In this document: positions 41,101-53,850 of the stretch, in pieces
Numbering within the stretch: position 1 is the stretch's first letter
Layout: each line of letters opens with the position of its first letter
NCBI RefSeq assembly: GCF_018977255.1
Contig: NW_024704743.1
Span: 83,392,001 to 83,456,000, forward strand
DNA from: Callorhinchus milii
Taxonomy: Eukaryota
Length of the DNA stretch: 64,000 nucleotides
Reading direction: 5' to 3'
Notes under the pieces: model-generated
Seen by the model: the letters and a program-made list of their open reading frames with translations, nothing else
Database searches by the model: none
Told to the model about the DNA's origin: nothing
Translations under genes and position numbers: made by a program

Positions 41101-42318
41101 GACAAAGCTACATCTTATCCCAACTGCTGATGTTCTATAATAATTATTGTTATTATGTTCTATCAACTATGTTGTGAAATTTCACATGTTTCATATCTTG
41201 TTCCTTGTGAAACCTAGCGTCACAAAACAAGGCTAATTCCATACTGTTTATGGCATAATTAAGACTCCACCCTCATGTTCTACACAATCGCCATCTTCGA
41301 CCTGATTCAGATATATGGGCACTGCCTTGGATTTTCATGCTTCAGACCCGCTGAGATCTGCTGTGCTCAAAGCAGCATTTGAGTCCAGCAGAAGAAACTG
41401 ACGTGATTCAGTTGGTCCTCCTCTACAGCACTCAGATGTCGATAATAATAATACAGTAATAATAATCCCTGCGTTTGATATACCACCTTTCACATCATTG
41501 AAACATCTCACAGCGCTTCACAGGATTTTACGATAGAGTGTAATGACTGTGTATTTGTAAGGCAGACTGTATCATTTTGCTGAATCTATGGGAGGAAGGG
41601 CACATGAAAATCAAAGATGTGCTGATATTATTGAATTATGAGTTTTGGGACTTCCTCCCAACATGAAAGGTGCTAAACAATGTAAATATGTTGCATTGTA
41701 TTGAATCAGTGCAGAGGCAGTGATCTGAACGATGGTGAACAGAGGGTGGGTCAACAAAGAGCATCAAATTAAAGGCTTTTCATGATGTGTTCCTTACTTA
41801 TAATTAGCTTGATTTAGTTGGTAGCATTCTGACTTTTGAATTGGAAGCTTGCGTGTTCATGTTGCGCATTGGGCCTTTGAACTCATACATACCAGGCTGA
41901 CACTCCAGTCCAGTGATGGGGGAGGACTGAATTGTTGGAGATGCTGTCCTTCAGATGAGATACTAAACTGAGGTCCCATCTTTCAAGTGGACTGTAACAC
42001 GTTCACCTACAAATACACAGTCACCCCCACTTCACAGTAAAGCGCTGTGAAGTGCTCCGAGATGACCTCCTGATGTGAAATGCACCATATCAAATGCCAG
42101 GATTATTTTATTATAATTATGATGAGTAATGTAAACCAGAAATTATACAGAAATATTGGGTTAATTTTAGGACAGTGCTAAAACACATCATCGGGAATAT
42201 TTAAGGAACTGCTATGTAACTGCTGGTAAAAAGTGCTTTGGGACATCCTCCTGAGATGAAATGTTAAATGTAACTTTGTATTATAAATGTGAGAAACTTT
42301 GATGTTCATGACAGATTT

Positions 42319-42603
42319 GGCACTGAATAATTCCTCCATTCCCACACACCCCACCCCACCCTGCCCCCCACCCCACACACACATTTTTTAAAAGTTAGTG
42401 AGGAGCCAAAGGACACCACAGTATCTGGCAACAAGTCCAAAACCACTGCTCCTGGGGATGGGATTAAAAGCTTCGCTCACTTAAAAATAGCGAGCGACAA
42501 TCGTGGGAGTCTTTAATCCTTTTCTCCAGCAGCAGGGATTTTTTTGGCCAGTTTTAAAAATAAGTATAAATGAAAAGATCTTCAGGAATCAATTCCATGC
42601 CCC
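42319..42603. mobile_element. Decayed palindromic MITE-like element
   Basis: Termini ggcactgaataattcct / aggaatcaattccatgcc. Internal inverted repeat ctgctcctggggatgggattaaaag / ctttaatccttttctccagcagcag. Confidence 0.45.
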
Positions 42604-42639
42604 TGGACCTGGCTAAATTACAATAAAAAATCTGCCGAA

Positions 42640-42960
42640 TAAAATCTCCTGCCACCATCCAGGAGAAGAACAGCAAATATTGTGGGTACATCATCATCTC
42701 CAAGTTCCCATCAAGTCATTCACCATCCTGACATGGATATACACAGACTTGCATTGTCATTGGGTCAAAATCCTGGAACTCCCTCCTCAACACCACTAAA
42801 ATGGTGCTCCCACAATGAGTCACTACCACGAGCACTATAGCCAGAAGTACTGCGGAGGTTTAAAGAGAAGGCTCCACCACCTTCTCAGGGTAACTAGGCA
42901 TCGAGACGAAACATGCTGCTCGTTAGGGTCACCCACACCCCCAGATGATTTAATTTTTTT
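42640..42960 (+). mobile_element. CR1-group LINE 3' fragment (different family)
   Basis: caagttccc..caagtcattcaccatcctgac.tgga...gggtcaaaatcctggaactccctcc...caccaccttctcagggg, a LINE 3' end I recognise as common in chondrichthyans. Confidence 0.65.
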
Positions 42961-43113
42961 GAAAAATGTATATCACAATTTCCCCCCCCAATGTTTTCAC
43001 AAAACAGTTTGCAGCACAATTTACAATACAATTTACATATATATAGTGCTTTTCATGTTGGGAGGATTTCTCAAAGAGCTTGCCTTGTAACTGCCTTACA
43101 GAAAATGTCTTAC

Positions 43114-45652
43114 CTAAACATGGCAATGGCAACCGTACATCCTCCTCCAACACGATCCGTAAACGACCCTCTGATAGGATATGTGTACCCTCTTTTGACA
43201 AGATTTGCTCTCTTTCCTCTGAAGGGGTCTGTGAGAGTTTCTGGGATAGCTTCTGTGTACTCTCCTCTGATAGAGTCTGTACTCCCTCCTCTGATAGAGT
43301 CTGTGCTCCCTCCTCTGATAGAGTCTGTGCTCCTTCCTCTGGTATTTGTGTACACACCTCTGATGGACCCTGTGTCCTCTCCTCTGATAGAATTTCTTTA
43401 CACTCCTTTGATAGCGCCTGTGCTTCCTTCTCTGATCGAGTTTGCGTCCTCTCCTCTGATAGCGTTTGTATACTCTCCTCTGATAGAGTCTGTGCACTCT
43501 CCTCTGATAATGCCTGTGCTTCCTTCTCTGATAGAACTTGTGTCCTCTCCTCTGATAGAGTTTGTGCCCTCTCCTCTGATAGAGTTTGTGTCCTCTCCTC
43601 TAATAGAGTTTGTGTCCTCTCCTCTGATAGAGTTTGTGTACTCTCCTCTGACGGGATCTGTGCACCTTCCTCTGATAGGGTCTCTGCACCTTTCTCTAAC
43701 AGGGTCTGTGAACACTCCTCTAATATGATCTGTGCTCTACCATCTGAGGCTATATGTGGACCGTCCTTGGAGCAGACGATGCCTTCTTCCCCAAGCTTTG
43801 GAATCACTACATCCTCTGGAACGGAAGCAGAGCTTGGGGTGCTAGGTCTACTGGTTGAACTGGAGTCTACCTCACTGGTGGAGCCACGTCTTCCACCCTG
43901 GGATGCCTGTTCACGTTTGCATGTGCTCTTCCTGTTCTTTCTGTGAACCCTTGAGTGGAGCACCACCTGGTGATAAGTTCTAAACACCTTGCCACACTCA
44001 AAACACTCAGTGCTTTTATTCTGTGATGACCTCCTGCTCTGGCGAGATGGAGGTCTAAAATCGGTGCTGTTTTTGGCATCCACAGAGCTACCTCTGTTTG
44101 GCAATGAGCTGTCTTTGTCACACAGGTTACCTGTCCTACTCCGTTTTTTTGGGTAGCCTGTGCGATGAGCATCTTGATCCCGTTTCCGCTTCTCAGCACT
44201 GATAACAATGTACTCTCCTTCCTCTTTGTTGTAAGTGATATCCGAAACTTGAAGTACACCATTCAGCCCACTGTGCCGTGCATACTCAGTGACTTCTGCT
44301 ACTTTTCCTTTGGTAGCCAAATGCCAAGCCTGGTGACTACTAACTGGGTCGAGCTCAGCTATTCCCTTTGCAGACAGTCGACTTGTAAAGTTGTCCAATG
44401 TCACAGATGGCCTCAGATTCAGGCACCTCAGGAAATATTCTTTTGTGGTTGCGGTTTCAGTGCCTCTGGTAATTGACGTCTCTCTTTTAGACTTTAATTT
44501 TCCTCCAAGGGAAGCTTCAGTTGTTCTGTAGTGCAGTTTGTCATGTTCTCTTAAACTTTCTTTATTTGGAAACAAATAGCCACATTTCATGCAGATTTTA
44601 TACTGTGAAAAGGCATGGCCGATTGTGTCCTCCTGAACCACATCATTGATGGTGGCCGTATTCTCCACGTCACTTTTACTGACTTTATTCTTGCTTGCAC
44701 TCTTCGTCCCGTGCACCTTCATGTGGTTTTTGAGAAACCAAGATTCCTTAAACCTCCTTCCACAAACGTGGCAGCCATGTCCAAAGGAACCGTTGTGCTT
44801 TTTCATATGGGCTTTCAAGAACCAGGACTGGGAGAACGTCTGTCTGCATATTTCACATGTGTACTCGTTCACAGTTTGTTCACTTTTCCTGCTCTCGGCT
44901 TCGCTTTTTGCTGTTTCGACGGTGATGTGGATCTTTTCTATGTGGCTCAGCAGTTTGTCTTCTCTCAACGTGATGTATTTGCACAGCCGACATTTGTAAG
45001 ACTTGTGCAGCAGCTGCACGTGCTGCTCCAGTTCATGCTTCTTCCCAAACTTCCCTTTACAGAAAGAGCACTGGAACGTCTCACTGCCATTAGCACTGAG
45101 CGTTTCCTTTTCCTTTTTCAGCCTTCGTAGAATGATCTTCCCATTGTCTATTTTTGTAACTCCATTTTGTACCTTATTGGAAGAAGACCTGCTTTTCATT
45201 GGGTTCGTGTATGCATTCAGCTTCTCCGATGCACTGACCTCCTTGAGCTGTTGATCACCCATGTCATTCTCATGTCCCTCACTCAGGTCTCCCATCTTGT
45301 GGGTTCGGATGTGTATTTTGAGATTACCTTTCTGGGAGGTTCTGTGGTCACAATACGGACACTTAAAGGGCTTTTCCCCTGTGTGAGTTCGCATGTGGAC
45401 TGACAGTACACTGAGAAAAGGAAAGCTCCTTTCACAGGTTTGGCAAATAAACTTTGGAGATTTCCTCTCATCTCTGTCGTTGCCATCCAAATTCGCATCA
45501 AGCTTCTCTGCCTCCATGTGTTCCACGTCTGGATTATCGTTTTCATTCACCGCCACTGTCTTATTTCTTAAATATTTACTTGTTGTCCGCACGATACTTA
45601 CAGTGCAAGGCAAGAATCTTTCTCCCTCCACTGCCTGTCCCAGTGAAGCCAT
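43114..45652 (-). CDS. ZNF516: ZNF516 first (large) coding exon: 8 C2H2 fingers followed by an acidic 8-aa repeat array
   Basis: ORF 42950..45688 contains motifs I recognise from ZNF516: SFPFLSVLSVHMRTHTGEKPFKCPYCDHRTSQKGNLKIHIR, FSQSWFLKAHMKKH, CGRRFKESWFLKNHMKVH, ATINDVVQE, AELDPVSSHQAWHLATKGKVAE, ECFECGKVFRTYHQVVLHSRVH. Donor TTAG|GTAAGA at 43114/43113 (phase 1). Start is either the ATG at 45652 (GGGATGG, good Kozak) or at 45517 (MEAEK). Confidence 0.93.
43133..43729 (-). repeat. Coding minisatellite, 24-bp unit x25 (one unit is 21 bp)
   Basis: Plus-strand unit about tctcctctgatagagtttgtgtcc. Protein runs IILEECSQ...TLSEERTQ...IVLEEDVR. 597 bp = 25x24-3. Confidence 0.95.
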
Positions 45653-45811
45653 CCCATAGATACAAACGTGTCTTAAACTTCCACACAATTCATAGCTCCC
45701 TCGATGGTTGGCTGTCAGCCTTTATTTTAAAATGCCGCTGTTTCGTTTCTGGCCTCTTTGCTGGATGGAGTCTGCTGGTCGAGGATTACTTTAAAAAGGA
45801 ACAGCTGAAAC
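45653..45811 (-). other. ZNF516: Probable 5'UTR part of the first coding exon, with a splice acceptor at 45811
   Basis: Minus strand reads tttttttcctttccatataattctAG|GTTTCAG, i.e. a pyrimidine tract plus AG, shortly upstream of the ATG. Confidence 0.6.
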
Positions 45812-46518
45812 CTAGAATTATATGGAAAGGAAAAAAATGATTTTAAAAAAATTATTTAATAACATTGCTATTATAGACATTAAATGTGATTAGACGTTAC
45901 TATGTTTCACTAAATAAATCCTCATCACGGTCTGGTGCATGTAAAAAATGACTTGAATAACACTTGGATCTCAACAAACTCATACATATTCACGTCTGCA
46001 GACAAAGGAGAAGAATTCACAATTTTATAAATATTTACCTGCATTATTTCCAAGTACTACAGTAGACAAATAGAAACCAAACATTCTTACGTTGCACATA
46101 AAAGAGCACTGTGCTCCGAAAATGCCACAATTGCCTTGTTCAAGGACGTATAAACAGCCAACACAAAATGCAATATTTATCAGTCAGACAGACGTATGAG
46201 TAGTACAAGTGAATCATCAAATCACATCTGCCCATTAGATAAATATCAATTTCCAAGGATGCCTAACATGCATCATCTATTTAACAATGCACGTACGGCA
46301 AGCTGATCCTTTACTGCTGACAGCAATATTATTACTTTTTGAAATCCATGATTATCTCTTATTTCCTGAGAAATGCAACTGCCTCCAATGCGGCAGTCAA
46401 AGCGACTTTGTGACCAGCTGACGGGAGGTACACTTGCAGCAGGATGAGATAGGTAAATCCTTATATCCTCTGATACTGAACATGCTACCAAACTCCAGAT
46501 AGCAGGTTATGCCAGATC

Positions 46519-46895
46519 GTCAGCCTGGCTCAAGTGATCGCACTATCACCTCCGATTGAGAAGGTTGTGAGTTCAAGCCCCATGTTGGAAACTTTGAACT
46601 TATATAGTCTAGGCTGACTCTCCACAATTCAGTGTTGGGCTGCGTTGCATTTTTACAGGTGTCGTCCTTCAGATGATTTTTTAAACCGAGGCCCCGTTTG
46701 CCGATTCAGGTGGACGTTAAAGATCCCATGGCACTGTTCAAAAAGATAAGGGAGTTTCTTCCGGTGTCCTGGCTAACCATTCCCCAGATAAAATTATTCA
46801 TTCATTCCATTGCTGTTTGTGCGACATTCCTGTGTGTACAATGGTAGCTGTGTTTGACTACAAAATAAACGGTCACTCCACTTCAAAGTAAGTCC
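46519..46895 (+). mobile_element. Near full-length older Deu-SINE (SacSINE1-like)
   Basis: gtcagcctggctcaag...gaaggttgtgagttcaagcccc...tctaggctgac...aggtggacgttaaagatcccatggcac...Deu core. Related fragments near 16830, 24240, 31020, 39810, 41805, 50235 and 58120. Confidence 0.85.
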
Positions 46896-48314
46896 TCAGT
46901 TTAACACCTCATCTGAAGGATGGTACCTCTAACAATGCAACCCCCACCCCCCCGCCCCCCAAGTGCTGTCACTAGAAGTCTTTTGCAGGTAAAGGACCAG
47001 AATTGGTTGTTGATGATCCAGCTACATTCTTGCAGATCACTAGTTAATACCCACAACATCAACGACTCGTGCCGAACGAGGAGGAATGAACAAATCAAAT
47101 TATTTGTATGGGACGGGAGGGGAGAAAGAAAATAGCACAACATGAAGCAACAGCAAGGGAAATGGGGGAAAAAAAAGCCCGCTTCTAACCTGCTTGCCCA
47201 CCCACCAAAATGATCTAAACACTTGACAGCAAGATCCTAAAAAATCAAAAAATCCTGTAATACAATGTTTGAGGGAAAAACAGGCAGCATATGTACAGTT
47301 TTACCTTGATGCTACCACAATGACACAATTTTCATGTTTCAATCATCCTGAAATCACATTTTTGAGCAAATTCTGTATTCTTGTCTCACTTCCTCAAATA
47401 TGCAGGACGTGTCAATCTCCCACGTGTGTAACTTGTCCTCCACCATTGGCAATACACACCCCTAGCAATACAGCTCATTCTTCTTAAAAGTACGTATCTG
47501 ACATCTCGTTTTACAAAGGGCACTAGCACATAGGCCAATTAAACAGGAACATATTGGGGCTCCGATTACCGTTATGCATCTATATTACATTTTTCTGCCT
47601 TTTTTAAGGATCGCACATTCCTATCCTTTAAGTTTGAATATGTCGCAGATCCAGACTGTGATTCTTGTGCTCGTCAACATGAGAGTTCAATGGTGGAAAA
47701 TGGTATGCTCTTCTATTTCAGTCAACCAGTATCAAAGTTGAGCACTCCCAGTATAACACAGTTAGTTAGATACAGCCTCAAGCTAAATCTACTCAACGTG
47801 CCTTAGCCCCAAACTCAAATGAGTATCCTTATAGCACTGGTGTAACATTTTCCATTCCCACATCAGTCATCCTGTCTCTGGGGACCATTTGCTAACTTTA
47901 GCAGAATAACTTTATAAATAAGCAGTGAAATTCTAATTATACATAACATATCAATAAAATTGCATGTGTTTCTATGCACAGAGCAACAAAGTTGTTACAT
48001 TTAGTGAGTGCAGCAGAATAACCCTCCTATGTGTAGATTGCTAACTTGTCCCACGTTAAGTGTCACAGTTCTGCCCAATCCTCTTCTCACACAGCGGTGT
48101 CTATACACCTGCTCTTTCCAGCAAGGATTCATTGGATAGTAATCAGGAGCTACAACTCATTTTTCTTCCCTCTATACTGTAAGGCACTGCGGCTAATTCA
48201 AGCTCCCCTGACACCATCCCAGCTGATGTCAGCAAATTCAACGCAGATTGAATATCAGAGCTGGGACGGTGCAAGTCCGTCCACCTCAGATTAACTCTGG
48301 GCAACATATTTACC

Positions 48315-48700
48315 AGTAACAACAACCAATTACATGTCGGGAGGACGTCCCAGAGGTGGACAGTTGAGGGTTTGCACCTGAGCTGTTGGTTGGATTCGAG
48401 TGGGCTAAGGGAGGGGGGAGAGGGAAATGGTGGGAAGATGATTGAAGGTGCGCTCGGAGTGGAAGGTCTAGAGACAGACCATGAAGGAGGCGAGAAGGAG
48501 AAGGGGTGAAGTGGAGGGACTCCAGGATGAAGGTCCACAACGTGGAGGCGGAAAGACTGAAGGCCTAACCGCTGATGGTGGGGCAGGCAGGATGGGGGAC
48601 ATGAAACAGGCCAAGGCCTGCCGAGTGAAGGGAGCAGGCAGGTTATAGGGTTTTAGAAAGTCACAGAGGAAGAGCCAGTGGTGCCAGGTGAGGATGGGGT
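48315..48700 (-). mobile_element. L2 LINE 3' fragment
   Basis: (aac)n start, gggaggacgtccca, ggtttgcacctgag; similar to the reverse complement of 620-1008. Confidence 0.8.
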
Positions 48701-49524
48701 TATGACGCTCAGTGCCTAGTGTGGTGGTATCAGCCAGCTGGTCCTGGAGTTTAATGAATAGGAACAATCCAATGTAAAATAAAAGAATGAGAGGATGTTG
48801 CAGGACCATGAATGGACGGCAGAAGATCATCGTCGCTAACCTCAGTCCTTGTAGCCATAAACTTCCACTGAACACAAAACTGCATTGAATCAAGAATCTA
48901 TTCTGCAGCAGGCACAGCAGAATTGTTCAAAGATGTGCACAGCAACTAGCAAGAACCCACAGGAAAATCTTGGAAAGCTTCATAGCAAATATCCCCCATC
49001 TGGGACTACTTACGTTGAGTTTGCCATTATTATTTTTTTGAAAAAGAATTGAATGATACCACAGGAAGTACTAACAAACCTCCTACAAGCTCTGCTGAAT
49101 GTATTCAAGTCAGAAAAATGATAGTACTAAATAATACTTATGAATAATAATTACTAAAATAATAATATTTGCCTTTGATACAGCTTGTTTCACACCAAAA
49201 GGATGTTTCAAAATGCTTCACAGGATTTACTTTAAAGTGTAGTGACTGTGTATTTTATAGTCAAAAGGCAATCGAGATTCTTCTGGTGTCCTGGTCAACA
49301 TTTCCCCCAAATAAAATTGGTCCTTCATTTCATGGCTGTTTGTGGAACACTCCTGGCTAAAAATTGCCTGCTTGCATTCGCACACAAATTAGTCATTGCA
49401 CTTCACAGCACATCCTGAGAAGGGTTTTGAGATGTCATCCATCACAACATGAAAGACGTTAGATCAAATGCAAGGATTATTATTATTTAATACAATTTGC
49501 GCATAGCAATGTACCACAAAGAGT

Positions 49525-50230
49525 TATAACAACAACAACAAATTACATTTGTATAGCGCCTTCCACGTCGAGAGGACGTCCCAAGGCGCTGGACAATCAG
49601 TGTTTCGAACCCGAGCTGGGGTCGGAATCGGGGAGGGTGGAGGGCAGGGGGGGAAGGAGGGTGACCGAAGGCACAGTTGAAGAGGAGGGTCTTGAGATGG
49701 GTCTTGAAGGAGGCAAGGGAGGGGGAGGAAGAGGTGGAGGGACTACGGGATGGAGTTCCAGAGGGTGGGGCAGAGTGGCTTAAGGCTCGCCCGCCAAAGG
49801 TGTTGGAGATGTGAAGCAGGCCGGAGCCTGCTGAGCGGAGGGAGGTTGGTAGGGGGTTAGGAGGTCGCAGAGGTAGGGGAAAGCAAGGTCATGGAGGGCT
49901 TTGAAGGTGAGGACCAGGATCTTGAACTGTATCCTCTGTGTGATGGGAAGCCAGTGGAGTCAGGCGAGGATAGGGATGATAGGGTCACAGAATTTAGTGA
50001 TCTGCAGCTTATGGAGGGAGAAGTTGGGGAGGCCGGCAAGCAGGGAGTTTGCGTAGTCCAGCCTGGATGTTATGAATGCATGTATGAGGGTCTCGGCAGC
50101 CAGCGGAGTGAGGCAGTGGCAGAGCTGGATGATGTTGCTGAGGCAGAGCGGGTCATGGCACGGAAGTGGGGTAGAAAAAAAAGTTGAGGGTCAAACAAGA
50201 CGCTAAGGTTCCGGACTGGCTTGGTAGGAG
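49525..50230 (-). mobile_element. L2 LINE 3' fragment (about 700 bp)
   Basis: Minus strand encodes LHWLPITQRIQFKILVLTFKALHDLAFPYLCDL. Tail ends (aac)n on the plus strand. Confidence 0.9.
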
Positions 50231-50399
50231 ACAGCCCAATTTTATTTGGGGGATTGTTGGCCAGGATGCAAGGAAAAATTCCTTTCTCTTTTCGAATAGT
50301 ACCACGGAATCTTTAATGTTTACCTGATCAGGCAGACGGGACCTCAGTTTAACATCCCATTCAAAGGTCATTGTGCCCTCCCATCTACCCTCACTGCTA

Positions 50400-50640
50400 A
50401 CATGGGAATAATTCCTTAATTAGTCTAAAAAAAATAAACTAAAAGAAAAAACAATAATAAATTGGTCACTTCAATCCCCAACTGTTTGTGGGAAACTGCT
50501 ATGTGCAATTGGCTGCCGTGTTTCGCCTACAAATATACAGTAAATTCACTTTACAGTATATTCTATGAAGAGCTTTGAGACTTCTAGAAGACGTGACCAG
50601 CGCTATATCAAATGCAAGAATTATATTTATTTATTATAAT
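50400..50640 (+). mobile_element. Deu-SINE 3' half
   Basis: Deu core and tail. Confidence 0.8.
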
Positions 50641-53520
50641 TCAACCAGTGACACATACAATTAACCGGAAATAGCTCCAGTAACCATCATCGTCATTATC
50701 TGAAGATTTTTAAAATTTCAATTAACACCATTTCATCATGTGAACTATTCATAGATTTGTCTACTAAATACAGTCACTTCCCGTTACAATAAATCCTGTG
50801 AAGCGCTTTGAGACGTTTCATCAATGTGATAAGGTGCTGTTAGCAAATACCAGGATTATTATTATTGTTTGGTTATTATTACATACTTTGTAGTTCAGAG
50901 TTCTGATAATTCAACCGAGCTTCTCAGTGCTGCACCATAAGAAAATAGCATGGCTCTTGTCTTATGTTACAAAATGAAAAAATGTTAATCTGCAGTTCAA
51001 TGCACTAAGAGGATAAACAGACCCAAATAAGGTCAGTTTTAGTCTATTTTTAATGATTACAGCTGAAACGCTCAACTTCTCTTTTTCATAAATAACCGCA
51101 TCTATGCATCCTCTGCCAATAATATTTTCATTTCTGAACCTTTTAAAAAGTTATCCACTTTCTCCACAATGACTATTAAATTGAAGTGTTTTGCATTGTC
51201 CTCACGATATGAGACTATATAAATTGTATTGTATTGCTTTGAAAATAAAGCTCCTCCAAATATGTGAAACATGATCGATTGCACATTGTGTGTGCAATGT
51301 GTGAAACTTGTTTCACATACTGGACACAATATGCAATCTATTACTTTCTCCTTTCACCACAATACGTGCAGTGCAATAGATACAGTATTTAGTCCCTATT
51401 TATTCTAGGAAATAAAATACCTGTGTTAAACTAAAAGATGAAGTCAGGACAAGTAATGTTGACAGCCTTATAAAGTGAACAAAACAGTCGCAACAATGCA
51501 GCTTGGGAAGTACCAATAGCAAAAGATGTTGCTTCATCAAAATAAATTGAAATAAGAGGTTAATATACCGTATGATTACACTCCATTTTAAACAAGCTAA
51601 GGATTGACAATGCCAGGAGGATTTAGAATGGGTTGGTTTATTATAATCATTTCATTTCATTTGATATAGGTGCCTTTCACTTTCAGGGGACATCTCAAAG
51701 CGTTTCACAGGATTTACTGTAAAGTGTGTATTCTGTAGGCAAAAATGTTTGCTTTTTACTTTTTTTTACTTGAAAGCAGCACATTTTTGCTTCCTTTCTT
51801 TGAATCCTTTACAAAAGCGCTGGGCTCTTACATCATTTATAGGGGTGACGTTCCCTGAAACAACCAACCACTGAAGGCTGCCCTGCATGATGTGCAAAGT
51901 CTATCTGATCACAAGATTACAACATAAGTAACCAATCTGGAATTCATCCAGGGCAAAATAGAAGCCATGCTCAAATCCCATGGCACTTAAGTGATTCCAC
52001 ATGGAAATGTAGTCCTTTTATTTACAGGGCTGAAATATGCAGATTGATCATTACGAGTTCAGACGTACAAAAGCAAACACGCTGGCAGCAGTAACATTAT
52101 TTATAAATTCCATTTTGATGTATTGGTCTTGCGCTCAGTTTAAGACTGTACATATGCAAGGAACTTACATCTGGGGGGAAAAAAAACGCGACTCAAGGAT
52201 TTTTTTCCTGTATACTGCCAATGTGCAATGAGCACATAAAAGCTCCGACTTGCTCTTCTCACTACCTCATCAAATTCACACTATGGTGCATCCCAACATC
52301 AAAACCCTTAATACTGACTTGGCCTGTAAATTATAGTTTGGCAAAATAAAGTCATCCACCTAAATAACAGGCTAGTGCAGAACATCATTTATTTGGCCAC
52401 ATGAGCTTCATTTCCATAACCACTGGTACACTCTAGCTGATTGCAACCTCCATTCTCAGAAGATAAAACATAGCATTTTATTAATTATCTGCAATGCAAT
52501 TGAACTCCACCAGTCTCTTGAATCGAGACTCCTATACCCTTTGTGCTAAGTGGCTCACTCACTCATGGCAGGGTCAGCACAGAGATGAGATGTCGAGGTG
52601 ATAAACAGAGGGCTCTCTTCCTTAATATTATAGTTTAGCAAACAGCTTGCTAAGTGGGTGAAAGCAAATACCAGGATTGGTCATCAATGGGTTAAACCCT
52701 AATTTAAATTGTTTCTGCACATCCACGTCAATGGTAAGTTAGCAATATCTTCAAATTGTACAATGAATGGAACAATGCCCTGGGATTCTTCATTAAATTG
52801 AACATGTAGGGTTTGAACTCTACAGTGAAGCTTTAAGGCAGGTATTTCCCCAATATGATTGTGAACTTACGTTTTATGCTGTCTGTGCTGTATTTAGTCT
52901 CCACTGTGTTTATTATTTTGCATTCTTTCCTTGCTAGAATTTTACTAGCCGCGACTTGGCAATGAATATCTTCCAGTCCTCAAAAACCTGACCACACAGT
53001 ACATTGCAAAGGCAAACGCATTACCAATAAATACATATAAAGTACTTTGTGATATACTTTATCAGACTGGTTCCAATATCAAACACAGATTATACATGTA
53101 CGAACCAACCCCTTTTGAAATTTTCTATGTAATTATGAGAAGATCAGAACGAATCTGTTGTTTTGATGTACATTTCCAAATTACAAACAGTGAGAGCTTT
53201 TACAGAGAGTAAACAAGGTTCCACCAGCTATTATTTCAAATACAGAAAGTTAAACATTGATGTAATAATATAAATGTCATTTATTTTCCACTACTCTTTT
53301 TCTTCCAATTTCCCAATTTTTCTCTCTCTTCCCAATGGTGTTTGAATCCTTTTTCCTTTTACTGGAATAACAGTCATTTCACCCAAGTGGACATTATTCA
53401 CTGAATCCCAGGAGAAGGAAAAAGAACTCAAACATCATCAAGAGTAAGGTCAACAGGATACGAACCTTTAAACCAATGCATTGAGCAGGTTATCACAATT
53501 ACACATCAGTAACTAATAAA

Positions 53521-53850
53521 AGTCCTTGTAGCATTGTGGTTAGAGCACTCGCCTTGCAAGGGAGGGGACCCGGGTTTGATTCCTGGGCAGGGTGAAAGTC
53601 GGGAAAGTTTCCTTACTCCCAATGCCTCTATTTAGTCGATTGGTGGATCACTTTTGCGGGGGTAATAATCCCTTCAAAAAATATATGTAATTTGGTCACT
53701 CAATCCATGGCTGTTTGTGGGACACTGCTGTGTGCAATTGGCTGCCATGTTTCGCCCACAAATTAGTCAATTCACAGTATATTCTATGAAGCCCTTTGAG
53801 ATGTCTCAAAGACGTGATAAGGCGCAATATCAAATGCAAGCATTATTAAA
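53521..53850 (+). mobile_element. Full-length Deu-SINE with small internal deletion
   Basis: tRNA-like head gtagcattgtggttagagcactcgccttgcaag, core and tail. Confidence 0.88.

Noticed and set aside
43133..43729. Regular repeat array as CRISPR
   Set aside because: Units are contiguous with no unique spacers, lie inside a eukaryotic exon, and there are no cas genes.
42991..43946. Long plus-strand ORFs (245 and 288 aa) with SSDRVCAL / SPLIEFV repeats
   Set aside because: They are antisense shadows of the 24-bp coding array, whose unit lacks stops in those frames. No independent gene signals.
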